Assembly: GCA_965223845.1 (NCBI GenBank) | Contig: CBDCXR010000004.1 | Span: 4,064,001-4,128,000, forward strand | Source: Planctomycetota bacterium | GTDB lineage: Bacteria > Planctomycetota > UBA8108 > SXIK01 | DNA length: 64,000 nucleotides | Reading direction: 5' to 3' | Shown: piece after piece, positions 8,983 to 18,934 of the stretch | Numbering within the stretch: the stretch's first letter is position 1 | Layout of the letters: each line of letters begins with the position of its first letter | Translations under genes and position numbers: made by a program | Notes under the pieces: model-generated | Told to the model about the DNA's origin: nothing | What the model saw: only the letters and a program-made list of their open reading frames with translations | Database searches by the model: none

Positions 8983-10269
8983 CTACAAGCTCCAGCCCTT
9001 CCGGTACTCCCGCTTCAAATACCGACTCGCCTCCGGGCAGTTCGTCGCCTCGAGCTTCTGGCCGTTCCACTCGAGCTTCTTACCCGTGCGGAACGCGACG
9101 TTCCCGAGCAGAACGGCTTCGGTCAGCGAGCCGCTGTAATCGAAGTTGCACGTCGTCGGTGCGCCCGTCCTACACGCGTGGATCCACTCGTTGTGGTGTC
9201 CGATCGACTTCGGGATGTACGGCCGCGGCGGCTCGTAGTCCTCGAAGTCGTCGCGCGGATAGAGAATGTGGCGCCCGTAATCGGCGAGCATCATCCCCTT
9301 CTCGCCGACGAAGAGGACGCCGCTCCCCCACTGGGGAAGGTCGTGCTCCTTGAGGTGGGGCGGCCGCATGTCGGTGTCGTACCACGTGAAGTCGACCGGC
9401 GGGAGCGAGCCGCGCCGCGGGAAGCGGTAGTTCACGATCAGGTTCTTCGGCGCGGTCTCCGGGTGCACCTCCGGCCCCTTCGCCTCGACGGTGAGCGGGT
9501 GGCGAAGATGGAGCGCCCAGAAGGGCAAGTCCATGAAGTGGCAGCCCATGTCGCCGAGCGTCCCGCCGCCGAAGTCCCACCAGCGGCGCCAGTTCGCCGG
9601 GCAGTACGTCGGGTGGTACGGACGCTCGGGCGCGGGGCCGAGCCAGAGATCCCAGTCGAGGTACTCGGGGACGGGCCGTCCTTTCTGCGGACGTTCTCCG
9701 CCCGACCAAGTCTTTCCGACCCAGACGTGCACCTCGCCGACGGCGCCGAGTACACCCGTGTTGATCGCTTCGACGACGCGACGATAGTTGTCGTTCGCGT
9801 GGATCTGCGTGCCCATCTGCGTTGCGAGTCCCGTCTCGAGCGCGAGCTCCGCAACCTTGCGCGCTTCGTACACCGAGTGCGAGAGCGGCTTCTCGCAGTA
9901 GACGTGTTTTCCCGCGCGGAGCGCCATTGCGCTCGCCGGCGCGTGGCAGTGGTCCGGCGTGCTGACGGTGACGGCGTCGAGATCCTTCTGATCGAGGAGC
10001 TTCCTGAAATCGCGGTACGTCTTCGCGTTCGGATGCCGCTTCGCCGCCTCGCCCAGGTAACGCGCGTCGACGTCGCAGAGCGCCGCGATATTCTGACTCA
10101 GAACCGCGTCGAAGTTCGCGCGCCCGCGGTGGTTCACGCCGATGATTCCGATGTTCAGCTTCTCGTTCGGCGAACGGGCCCAGCCGCGGCTGCCGGCGCT
10201 GCCGATCACGAGTCCGGCGGCAGTGGTCGAGATCGTCTGCAAGAATTCCCGTCGGGTCCGGTGCGCCAT
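8983..10269 (-). CDS. Tat-exported Gfo/Idh/MocA family oxidoreductase
   Basis: TRREFL Tat motif, IGIIGV..RG, STPDH.H, HVYCEKP, DWDLWLGPAP, GDMGCH. Confidence 0.93.
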   Translation of the reverse strand: MAHRTRREFLQTISTTAAGLVIGSAGSRGWARSPNEKLNIGIIGVNHRGRANFDAVLSQNIAALCDVDARYLGEAAKRHPNAKTYRDFRKLLDQKDLDAVTVSTPDHCHAPASAMALRAGKHVYCEKPLSHSVYEARKVAELALETGLATQMGTQIHANDNYRRVVEAINTGVLGAVGEVHVWVGKTWSGGERPQKGRPVPEYLDWDLWLGPAPERPYHPTYCPANWRRWWDFGGGTLGDMGCHFMDLPFWALHLRHPLTVEAKGPEVHPETAPKNLIVNYRFPRRGSLPPVDFTWYDTDMRPPHLKEHDLPQWGSGVLFVGEKGMMLADYGRHILYPRDDFEDYEPPRPYIPKSIGHHNEWIHACRTGAPTTCNFDYSGSLTEAVLLGNVAFRTGKKLEWNGQKLEATNCPEASRYLKREYRKGWSL

Positions 10270-10513
10270 GGAAGCGTCCTCTGAGTGGTCGTGGATCCGC
10301 GTCGACCGCGACAGCGCCGCGCGTGAAGTTCGTTCCGAAGACCCAGATTGTGTTGGGACGGAGCGGCCTTGGGCAAGCGCTATCCCGTTCCGGCCGTACG
10401 GTCCTCGGCGCGAGAACTCTTTCGGCCGCGATGGAGCGGGAAGTATCATGCGGCGCCGGACGCGTCGTCCACCCGCACTTTTCCCAAGCTTTCCGCATCC
10501 CTCCGAGAGCCCG

Positions 10514-12019
10514 ATGCCCGTAGAACCTTCCGATCCCGCGCTCGACTCCACGGCTGCGATCCCCCCCGGAGCGCTTCCCCCGCTCGAGGTTCGCGACCTC
10601 CCCGAGCCGATTCCGCTGCGCCGAATGATCGGTCCGAGCGTGATGCTCGCCGGACTCGCACTCGGGAGCGGGGAATTCGTCCTCTGGCCCTACATAACCT
10701 ACGAGAGCGGGTTCGTGTTTTTCTGGGCCTGTCTCCTCGGGATTACGACGCAGTACTTCCTCAACATGGAGATCACCCGCTGGAGCCTCGCAACGGGCGA
10801 GAGCGCGATCACCGGGTTCGCCCGGCTGAGCCGCCACTGGGCGTGGGTGTTCCTCGTTTTGAATATCGTTCCGTGGCTCGTGCCCGCCTGGTCGAAAGGT
10901 GCCGCGCAAGTCGTGAGTTGGCTCGTCTGGGGGCCATCGTCCCCCGATACGTTCGCGAGCCCCTACGTCACCGAACTCTCGATCGCGGGGCTCTTCGGAT
11001 GCGGAATCGTTCTCACCGCGGGAAGAGTCGTCTACGAGACCGTCGAGCGGATTCAGATCGTTCTCGTCTCGCTGATCCTGATTCTCGTCGTCGTCCTCGC
11101 GTGCCTCCTCGTTCGGGGCGACGCGGTGGTGGCGCTCGCCGCGGGTTCGGTCAGCTTCGGATCATTTCCCGAGTTCACCGAGCAACTCACTCCCGCCGTT
11201 CTTCTCGGTGCGATCGCGTTCGCGGGCGCAGGCGGGACGCTCAACCTCGGTCAGAGCAACTACGTGAAGGACAAGGGCTACGGGATGGGGAAGTACATCG
11301 GCCGCATCACGAGCCCGATCACGGGTCAGGTCGAGGCGATTTCCGAAATCGGCTACCAGTTTCCACCGACGCCGGACAACCTCGCGCGCTGGCGCCGCTG
11401 GTGGCGCGCAGCGAGCCTCGAGCACTTTCTTACGTTCTTCATCACCTGTCTCGTCTGCCTCGTTCTCCTCACCCTGGTCAGCTATTCCCTCTTCTTCGAC
11501 GCGAGCGGAAACGCCGTATCGGGCGCGACCCAGTACGGAAAGGGGATGGACTTCGTCTGGGGCGAAGCCGTGAAGCTGAGGGAGCTCCTCGGCCCGAGCG
11601 TGCAGATTCTGTTTCTCGTGATGGGCGGAGCGGTGCTCCTCACGACGGAGTTCGGCGTCCTCGACGCGGCGTCGCGCGTCTCGACCGACGTCGTCAAGGT
11701 CAACTGGCTCCGGAAGAGCGAACGCTGGAGCGAGAATCGGCTCTATTACGCCTTCCTGTGGGGAACGATCCTCGTCGGCACGGCGATCTTGCTCGTCGGT
11801 ACGGATCGCGTCGGCGCGTTCGGACTCTTCAAGTTCACCGCCTCTCTCAACGGCGCGGTGATGTTCGTCTACTCGGGGACGCTGCTCTACCTGAACCGAT
11901 TCCGACTGCCGAAGCCGATCCGCATGAGCGGCGTGCGCACGCTGATCCTCGCGTGGTCGTTCCTCTTCTTCGGTTTCTTCGCGGCGTGGACGGGATGGTC
12001 GATCTTCGCGGGGAGCTGA
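10514..12019 (+). CDS. Nramp-like (APC superfamily) transporter
   Basis: About 11 TM helices, GPS...GLALGSGE, NMEITRWSLATGES. Confidence 0.85.
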   Translation: MPVEPSDPALDSTAAIPPGALPPLEVRDLPEPIPLRRMIGPSVMLAGLALGSGEFVLWPYITYESGFVFFWACLLGITTQYFLNMEITRWSLATGESAITGFARLSRHWAWVFLVLNIVPWLVPAWSKGAAQVVSWLVWGPSSPDTFASPYVTELSIAGLFGCGIVLTAGRVVYETVERIQIVLVSLILILVVVLACLLVRGDAVVALAAGSVSFGSFPEFTEQLTPAVLLGAIAFAGAGGTLNLGQSNYVKDKGYGMGKYIGRITSPITGQVEAISEIGYQFPPTPDNLARWRRWWRAASLEHFLTFFITCLVCLVLLTLVSYSLFFDASGNAVSGATQYGKGMDFVWGEAVKLRELLGPSVQILFLVMGGAVLLTTEFGVLDAASRVSTDVVKVNWLRKSERWSENRLYYAFLWGTILVGTAILLVGTDRVGAFGLFKFTASLNGAVMFVYSGTLLYLNRFRLPKPIRMSGVRTLILAWSFLFFGFFAAWTGWSIFAGS

Positions 12020-12161
12020 GCTCGAGCCGAGACGCGCTCGAGCGAAGCGCGGCGGAAATCCGGTAGCGAGAGCCCCGCGGCGGTCCTCTAATACCTCATC
12101 GCGCGCGGTGCGCTTCGCGAGTGCGTGGCCGCCGCGCCCGAGAGGTAGGAGGATCCCCCGC

Positions 12162-15044
12162 ATGGCAGTTCGTCATCTGAGCCGCGGTCGCGCGTGGACC
12201 GGGCGCATCGAGTTTGCTGTCGTCCTTGTGTGCGTACTCGTTTCCGCGCGCTCGCTCGGGTTCGCCGAAGGTCGCGTCGCCATCAGCGAAATCTTGTACA
12301 ACGCACCGAACGACCTCGACACGGTTGAGTTCGTCGAGATCCACAACTACGGCGACGGTCCGGTCGATCTCTCCGGTTGGAAGTTCTCGCAGGGCGTCGC
12401 GTACCGGTTCCCGCCCGAGACCGAGGTCGCCCCGGGAGCGTTCGTGGTAATCTGCGCGGACGCCGCGGCGCTGGGCGAGCACTTTCCGAACGTCGAGCCG
12501 CTCGGCGAGTACGACGGCACGCTCGCTAACGGCGGGGAGCTCCTCGAGCTCGCCGACGCCGAGGGGAACGTCGTCGACAGGGTCGAGTACAACGACCGCG
12601 CGCCGTGGCCGACGATCGCCGATGGCTACGGTGCGTCCCTCGAGCGAATCGTCTTCGCTGCCGACGGCAATGAGCCCTCGGCATGGGGGCCGTCGCCAGC
12701 GCCAGGTCGCGAGCGTCGACCATCGGGTTCGCCGGGCAAGGCAAACTCGGTCTCACGCGCGACGCTTGCCATCGGCATCGCAGCGGTGGAGATAGAGCCG
12801 AGCTCGCCGCGGCCGGGGAAGCCGGTCTCGGTGCGCGTCCAGCTTCCATCCGCCGAGGCTTCACTCGTCGGAATCACGCTTCGACATCAGACGATCGCCG
12901 AAGGAAAAGTTCGGTCTCGCGGCGAGGTCGCACTCGAGAAGACGACCGATCGCGAGTGGACGGGAACGATTCCGCCGCAGCCCGAGGGGGAACTCGTGCG
13001 CTTCTTTGTCGAAGTGCGGGATGCGGCAGGCGCGACGCACCGCCATCCGTCCGAGCACGCACTCCGTCCCACGTACTCGTACGTCCACTTCGCCGTGTCC
13101 GACGCCGGAAGGATTCCGGCCGCGCACATCCTTCATTCCGATCGACGCGCGTACCTGCGGGCTCGCTCGGAGCGCAAGCGAGCGGGCCGGCGGGGCGGCG
13201 GGCCGATCGGAGCGATGATCGGGGGGATGATCCGGTCGAACGTCAATCTGACCGAGCACTGGAAGCGTCACTTCGCCGAAGGAGCGAAGGCGCTCTCAGA
13301 GAACGAGTATCGCGCGCTTCGAAGCGCCTACCGCGAGTCAGGCCGCGAGCTTTCGGAAACCATCGAGACCATCGTCGTTGCCGGCAACTTCCGGGAGCGC
13401 TTCGGCGACGGCTACCGCAAAGAAATCGACGCGGTTTTCAGCTCACACCTCGAGAGAGTGCGAGGCGCGATCGGCGAGGAGCGAGCGAAGACGGTGGAGG
13501 GTGCGCCTCCTCGCGGCGACGGCCGCCAGGGATTCCGCGGCGGCGCAGACGATGCGTTCACTCCCGACGGGCTCCGCTACTTCCTCGAGGTCGACGTCGA
13601 TCTCGAGTACTCCCAGTTGCAGGCTCTGCGCAGCGTCCACGAAACCGCTGCGGAGGGATGGAGGAAGCTCGGCTCCGGCGGCCCGGCCGGTCTTGTCGGG
13701 CGCTTCCTCGGGGGGCGCGGACGCGGGAGGAGAATCGATCCGGATCGAGCCGCCGCCTACGAAGAGGAGATTCGATCCACGCTCAAAGAAACGTTGAGCT
13801 CCACGCAGCTCGAGCAAGTCGACGAATGGCTCGCCACGCATTCGATGACCAGCGGAGGCGGCTCGAGGAGTCCGTTCGGTGGTCCACCGGCGCCGCCCCC
13901 ACCCTCGCGCGGTTCGAGCGCGTTCGTTCTCGTCTCGCCGGACCGCCGGAGCCACGAAACTTATGACTACGTCCACCTTCAGCCGCGACGCGGCGGATAC
14001 AAGGTGCGCTTCCACAAGGACCGCGAGCTGTCGTTCCCGGCGAGCGAACGCCCCGCACCGGTCGATCTCCGGACGATCAACCTCCTCTTCGAGGAGAACC
14101 CCCGCTTCGTGCTCGCCGAACATCTCGGCTATGCGGTCTACGAACGCGCCGGTGCGCCATCGCCTTTTTCCGATCACGTGCGGGTGATCTTCGACGGCGA
14201 TACGGTCGGCTACTACCTCGTCGTCGAGCAGGTGAACCGCGCGTTTCTCCGGCGCCACGGAAGGGACGACAACGGCGATCTCTTCAAGATTCTCTGGTAC
14301 GAGCGCGGCGTCGAGAACAAGCACGAGAAGAAGACGAATCCGTCGACCGGACACAAGGAACTGATCGAGCTCATCGAGGCGCTCGAGTCGACGAAGGGCG
14401 ACGAGCAGTGGGAGTTGATCGCCGAGAAGTTCAACGTCCCCGAGATGAGCGGCTACTTCGTCGCGAGCATGTGCACGTCCAACTGGGACGGATTCTTCAA
14501 CAACTACTTCACGTATCACGACACGGGCGGGACCGGAAAGTGGGAGATGTATCCGTGGGACGAAGACAAGACCTGGGGCTTCTACGACGGCATCGGTCGT
14601 GACCACGTGTTCGTCGACATGCCGATCACATTCGGCATGACAGGCGACGTTCCGCCGGGTCGCAGCGAGGCACCGCGCGGGTTCGGATTCGGCGGACGGA
14701 CGCCGTGGTGGCGCGGTCCGGGCTACTTCTCGGGTCCGCTGCTCGCGAATCCGACGTTTCGACTCCGGTTCCTCCAGCGACTCGTCGGATTCACCAGCGT
14801 CGTCTACACCGAAGGCATCTTCGGACCGATCATCGACGGACTCGAGGAGCGTCTCGAGGACGAAGTCGCGATCCGCGCGAGAGCGACCGGAGAGGACGAA
14901 GAGCGCGCGCTCACGGAGTTTCAGCACAACCTCAAATCGCTTCGTCGACACCTCCGCGAACGTCGCGAATTCTTACTCGCACAGCCCGAGCTCCGGCCGA
15001 TCATTCGAAAGCGGAAGGGAGGAGAGGCGGAAGAGGCGGAGTAG
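12162..15044 (+). CDS. Secreted lamin-tail domain + CotH kinase family protein
   Basis: LTD (ISEILYN, EFVEIHN, DLSGW, L.NGGE.L.L, GASLER, SPGKAN); CotH motifs GYYLVVEQV, NWDGFFNNYF, YPWDEDKTWG. Confidence 0.85.
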   Translation: MAVRHLSRGRAWTGRIEFAVVLVCVLVSARSLGFAEGRVAISEILYNAPNDLDTVEFVEIHNYGDGPVDLSGWKFSQGVAYRFPPETEVAPGAFVVICADAAALGEHFPNVEPLGEYDGTLANGGELLELADAEGNVVDRVEYNDRAPWPTIADGYGASLERIVFAADGNEPSAWGPSPAPGRERRPSGSPGKANSVSRATLAIGIAAVEIEPSSPRPGKPVSVRVQLPSAEASLVGITLRHQTIAEGKVRSRGEVALEKTTDREWTGTIPPQPEGELVRFFVEVRDAAGATHRHPSEHALRPTYSYVHFAVSDAGRIPAAHILHSDRRAYLRARSERKRAGRRGGGPIGAMIGGMIRSNVNLTEHWKRHFAEGAKALSENEYRALRSAYRESGRELSETIETIVVAGNFRERFGDGYRKEIDAVFSSHLERVRGAIGEERAKTVEGAPPRGDGRQGFRGGADDAFTPDGLRYFLEVDVDLEYSQLQALRSVHETAAEGWRKLGSGGPAGLVGRFLGGRGRGRRIDPDRAAAYEEEIRSTLKETLSSTQLEQVDEWLATHSMTSGGGSRSPFGGPPAPPPPSRGSSAFVLVSPDRRSHETYDYVHLQPRRGGYKVRFHKDRELSFPASERPAPVDLRTINLLFEENPRFVLAEHLGYAVYERAGAPSPFSDHVRVIFDGDTVGYYLVVEQVNRAFLRRHGRDDNGDLFKILWYERGVENKHEKKTNPSTGHKELIELIEALESTKGDEQWELIAEKFNVPEMSGYFVASMCTSNWDGFFNNYFTYHDTGGTGKWEMYPWDEDKTWGFYDGIGRDHVFVDMPITFGMTGDVPPGRSEAPRGFGFGGRTPWWRGPGYFSGPLLANPTFRLRFLQRLVGFTSVVYTEGIFGPIIDGLEERLEDEVAIRARATGEDEERALTEFQHNLKSLRRHLRERREFLLAQPELRPIIRKRKGGEAEEAE

Positions 15045-15071
15045 ACAGCGACACGACCCGAACGCCTCGGT

Positions 15072-16538
15072 TCATCCGTCTCCGTCTCCCGTCGGTGCGG
15101 CTGGTCCTTCGCCATCGCTCGAGTCCGGCGAGCGCGCGGCTCGCTGTCTCGCCCACTCGAGCCAACGCAGGTACGCCGGCTCGAGCTCCTCCCAGTTCCT
15201 CGACCCCCAGCGCTTCGCCTCGAGACCTTGATTGGTCCCGGTGAGTCGCTCGAGAGCACGCGCAACCGGCACGCGCACCCCCTCGTCACGATCGGCGAGC
15301 AAGTGAATGAGGTCGTCGATCGATGCCTCGGTCGCAAAGTCGGAAACGATCCGCGCGGCCTTGACGCGCTTCACCGGATTCTCGAGCGATCGCGACGACT
15401 CGATGTACCGGAGGAGCGGCACGACGCAGCTCGAACCGAGCTCCCGGATCTCCTGCTCGAGCAGCAAGTTCATCTTGCTCTTCCCGACGCCGGCAAGCAG
15501 CTCGTCGAGGCGTTCTTCGAGCTCCGCGCCATCTCGCTCCTCGAGAGCGAGGAGCGCGTTCGTCCACGACGCGGCAAGCGCGAGTTGCTGACGATCCATG
15601 GCGGAGACCCGGATGGTTTCCCCGACGACCGCGCGCTCTCCGCGGCGAAGAACGCGTGCGGCGCGGTTCGATTCGATCCTCGTCGAGCCCTCGAACACCG
15701 CGACTTGAACGCTCGCGCCGCGCGAACGCGCGACTTGGAAGCGCGTGCCGAGCGCAGTCACGAGCGCGTCCGCGGCGCGGACGTCGAAGGGAGTCGATCC
15801 GCGGACGACGGTCGAAGCGATGCGGCCGCGCGTGAGCTCCCAGCTTCGCGCCGAAACGAGGCGAACCTCCGTCCCGCGATCTAAGCGGACGAGGGAACCC
15901 TCCGCGTTCCGGATCTCACAGAGAGTCTCGGGCGCCGAGCGAATCCGCGCCCCCGCCGGGACGGCGGCGCCGAGCTCGAGCGCTCTCCACTCGCCGTCAT
16001 CGCCAGCGTGAATCTCGACCGGCCCCGTGGCGAACGCCAGACTCGCGATGCGGGGATCATCGACCGAGATCGCGACTCGAGGCGTCGGCTCCACGGCGGC
16101 CGGCTCGGGAGTCGGCGCCGAGGGCGGCACCGAGGGCCCGGATGCGCCGGGCTGAGATGGGCTAGGCTCGATGCCGGAAGGATCGGCCAGGGAAGGCGGC
16201 TGATCGGGACGAGCGGCTGAGACGACGATCCAACCGAGAAAGAACCCGATCGCGAGAGACGCCGCCACCGGAAGAACCCAATCGCTCCAAGCACGTGGAG
16301 TCGGCGCGGACGCGAACGAAGCCGCGAGGCGCTCGCCGAAGGCCTCGGCCGCGCGCTCGCGATCGGCGAAGGCCTCTCGTAGCTGGCGGTCGTGCGCGCG
16401 ACAGCGCTCCGCCAACTCGCGGCAGGACTCGCACGCATCGAGATGGGCGGCGAGATCGCGCGCGTCCGCGACCGAAATCTCTCGGTCGATGGACGCCGAG
16501 ATCAGCGCCTCCATGCGTTCGCAATCGATCGTCGTCAT
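15072..16538 (-). CDS. Anti-sigma factor: ZAS zinc finger + TM + FecR + HEAT-repeat domain
   Basis: HLDACESC (HxxxCxxC), one TM, FecR motifs VRLDRGT and ALGTRF, C-terminal HEAT-like helices. ATGA overlap with the sigma gene. Confidence 0.85.
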   Translation of the reverse strand: MTTIDCERMEALISASIDREISVADARDLAAHLDACESCRELAERCRAHDRQLREAFADRERAAEAFGERLAASFASAPTPRAWSDWVLPVAASLAIGFFLGWIVVSAARPDQPPSLADPSGIEPSPSQPGASGPSVPPSAPTPEPAAVEPTPRVAISVDDPRIASLAFATGPVEIHAGDDGEWRALELGAAVPAGARIRSAPETLCEIRNAEGSLVRLDRGTEVRLVSARSWELTRGRIASTVVRGSTPFDVRAADALVTALGTRFQVARSRGASVQVAVFEGSTRIESNRAARVLRRGERAVVGETIRVSAMDRQQLALAASWTNALLALEERDGAELEERLDELLAGVGKSKMNLLLEQEIRELGSSCVVPLLRYIESSRSLENPVKRVKAARIVSDFATEASIDDLIHLLADRDEGVRVPVARALERLTGTNQGLEAKRWGSRNWEELEPAYLRWLEWARQRAARSPDSSDGEGPAAPTGDGDG

Positions 16539-17107
16539 CTCCGCATCGACTCCATTCGAGTTCGGAGCGTAGCTCGTCCCTTCGTGAGCCTCGAATTCAC
16601 AGTCGCGACCGACACTTCGAGAAGCTCCGCGAGCTGCGCGTAGGTGTGATCACCGTAGTAGTAGAGCATCAACGCGGTGCGGTACTCCTCCGGGAGCTTG
16701 TCGAGCTCCTCGAGGAGGCGCGACGTTTCCTCGTCGCGCTCGAGAGGGTCGGGCACCGCCTCCGTCTCGCGGGCGCCGGTGGACGACGGATCCCGGTCCG
16801 GGCTCCAATCGTCGCCGAGCTGACTGAAGAGTACCATCGGTCGCTGCTGTGATCTGATCCAGTCGAAGCACGCGCGCCGGGCGATCCCGCGGAGCCACGG
16901 TCCGAACTTCTCCGCGTGGCGGAGCGATCCGAGCGCCGCGTACGCGCGAACGAACGTTTCCTGCGAGAGGTCCTCAGCGGCCGTGCGATTGCGCACGAGC
17001 GCGTGGCAGAGCGCGAGCACGCGGTGCGACCAAAGCCTCACGAGCGCCGCAAAGGCGTCGCGCCGACCCTGGATCGCGCGTCGAACCAGCTTGCCTTCGG
17101 ACGTCAA
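16535..17107 (-). CDS. ECF-type RNA polymerase sigma-70 factor
   Basis: Region 2 AEDLSQETFVRAY...F.PWL; region 4 LP..YRTALMLYY...AELLEVSVATVNSRL. TTG start. Confidence 0.93.
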   Translation of the reverse strand: MTSEGKLVRRAIQGRRDAFAALVRLWSHRVLALCHALVRNRTAAEDLSQETFVRAYAALGSLRHAEKFGPWLRGIARRACFDWIRSQQRPMVLFSQLGDDWSPDRDPSSTGARETEAVPDPLERDEETSRLLEELDKLPEEYRTALMLYYYGDHTYAQLAELLEVSVATVNSRLTKGRATLRTRMESMRR

Positions 17108-17278
17108 GTCGTTCTCCCGCGAGTCCGTCTGTTGCCTTACGCGTCTAAGTCGTGCCCGACGCGAGATCCAATACGAAAAAATCGGCTTTTTCTCCAGTGC
17201 CTCTCGAGGCGAAGGCGACTGAGTCGCCGATGGCGTCGTACGTGCGGCGTCCGCCCAAACTCAGACGGGAGGTGCACG

Positions 17279-18697
17279 ATGCGCAGCAGACCTACCCTTT
17301 GGACATTCTCGTGCCTCGTGGCGGCGCTCGTTCTCGTGGCGCAACCGGTTCGCGCCGAGGACAAGCTCATCGCTCACGAGTGGGGAACATTCACGACGCT
17401 TCAGAACGAGAGTGGAGAGGAGCTGACCGGAATCAACATCGACGATGAGCCGGTGCCGAGCTTCGTCCACAACCTCAGTCGGTTCGTGCTTCAGCCGACC
17501 TTTCTCACCAACCGGCACTGGATCCGGCGCATGAAAGGCGCGCCGCGGCACCACCCGCGCGTCACCATGCGACTCGAGACACCGGTCATCTATTTTTACC
17601 GGCCGAGCGGCGGCAAGCAGCCGTCCGAAATCGACGTGCGGGTGAAGTTTCGCGGGGGCTGGCTCACGGAGTTCTTTCCCGCCGCGGCGGCCAAGGCCCC
17701 GGGCATCCGCGACAACTTCGTCTTTGCGGATCTCCAGCCGACGACCGTGAGCTCGCTCGAGTGGAAGGATCTCCGTGTCGGCGTCCGAGGAAAGTTCCCC
17801 GCGACGAAAGATCACGTCTGGACGACGCCGCGCGCGGTCGATTCGGAGCCGATCTCGACCGCGAAGGGTGAAAGCGAGCAGTACGTGTTCTATCGCGGAG
17901 TGGCGAATCTTCGGTCGCCGCTTCGAGTCACCGCCGGCGAAGACGAAAGCTCGCTCGAGCTCCGCGCGAACTTCGGCGACGTGAAGTGCGGCAAGGGAAC
18001 TCGCGTGCCGGCGATGTGGCTCGTCGACGTGCGCGCGGACGGCAAGCTCGCATTTCGCGAGTTCGACGGGGTGAACGTGACGAGCGACGAGGAAACGCTT
18101 CTCGCGACGCTCGACGCGCGTTTTGGTGAGGAGGACTACCACGCGTTCAATCTCAAAGTGCTGAAGAAGCTCATGTGGATCGCGATCCGCGACGACGGGC
18201 TCTATCCAGACGAAGCGACCGCCATGCTCGAGACGTGGAACCGCGCCTACTTCGAAAGCCCGGGCCGTCGTCTCTTCTTCGTCGTCCCGCGCGAGTGGAC
18301 CGACCACTATCTCCCGATCGAAATCGAGTCCGCCGCCGAGGTCGAGCGTGTCATGATCGGGCGCATCGAGCTCGTGACGAGCGAGCAGCGTCGCCTCCTC
18401 CGGGAGATCGCGACGGCGCCGGCTCCCGACGCGTCGTGGGTGCGCAAGATCCCGAGGACGAAGGCGCGCGAGCGATTCCTCGCCGGACGCATGGACTTCG
18501 GCGATCTCGGGGTCGAAATTCCCGCTCACTACCAGCGGTACCTCGGCCTCGGTCGCTTTCGAAACGCGCTCATCGTCGAGGAGGAGCGAGTTCGACCGAC
18601 GACGGCGCTGAGCGCGTTCATCGATTCCTACGGACTTAGACCCTACGCCCCGAAGAATCGGAAGCGCCCGCAAGCGGAGAAGCCGCGCGCCGACTGA
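17279..18697 (+). CDS. Secreted protein of the uncharacterised HEWGTFT/PVIYFY family
   Basis: Sec signal (..VRA-E), AHEWGTFT, RLETPVIYFY, GGWLTEFFP, EQYVFYRG, GLYPDEA.AML.TW. GGGAGG RBS. Confidence 0.75.
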   Translation: MRSRPTLWTFSCLVAALVLVAQPVRAEDKLIAHEWGTFTTLQNESGEELTGINIDDEPVPSFVHNLSRFVLQPTFLTNRHWIRRMKGAPRHHPRVTMRLETPVIYFYRPSGGKQPSEIDVRVKFRGGWLTEFFPAAAAKAPGIRDNFVFADLQPTTVSSLEWKDLRVGVRGKFPATKDHVWTTPRAVDSEPISTAKGESEQYVFYRGVANLRSPLRVTAGEDESSLELRANFGDVKCGKGTRVPAMWLVDVRADGKLAFREFDGVNVTSDEETLLATLDARFGEEDYHAFNLKVLKKLMWIAIRDDGLYPDEATAMLETWNRAYFESPGRRLFFVVPREWTDHYLPIEIESAAEVERVMIGRIELVTSEQRRLLREIATAPAPDASWVRKIPRTKARERFLAGRMDFGDLGVEIPAHYQRYLGLGRFRNALIVEEERVRPTTALSAFIDSYGLRPYAPKNRKRPQAEKPRAD

Positions 18698-18866
18698 TTT
18701 CGTATTCGCGTCTTCCACGAACAGGTTCGCACGAAGAGCGCGAACGAACGGTGTGGGCGACGAAGACGACGACAGACCTCGCGTTGCGAAGGACAGACCG
18801 ATGAAATCGCAAGAAGAGTCAGCTCACCGAGTCTGGTGAGGACTACGGGCTAGTGTTACTCTGCAC

Positions 18867-18908
18867 GGAGCGCCGGCGCGCTGATCGCGTCGGCGCTCCA
18901 TCCTTTTC
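18867..18908 (+). terminator. Terminator-like GC hairpin with short T run
   Basis: GGAGCGCCGGCGCG-N5-CGCGTCGGCGCTCC (one G-U pair) followed by ATCCTTTT. Confidence 0.4.
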
Positions 18909-18934
18909 GTATTCCCCGTGCAGCCGAGCCCGTC

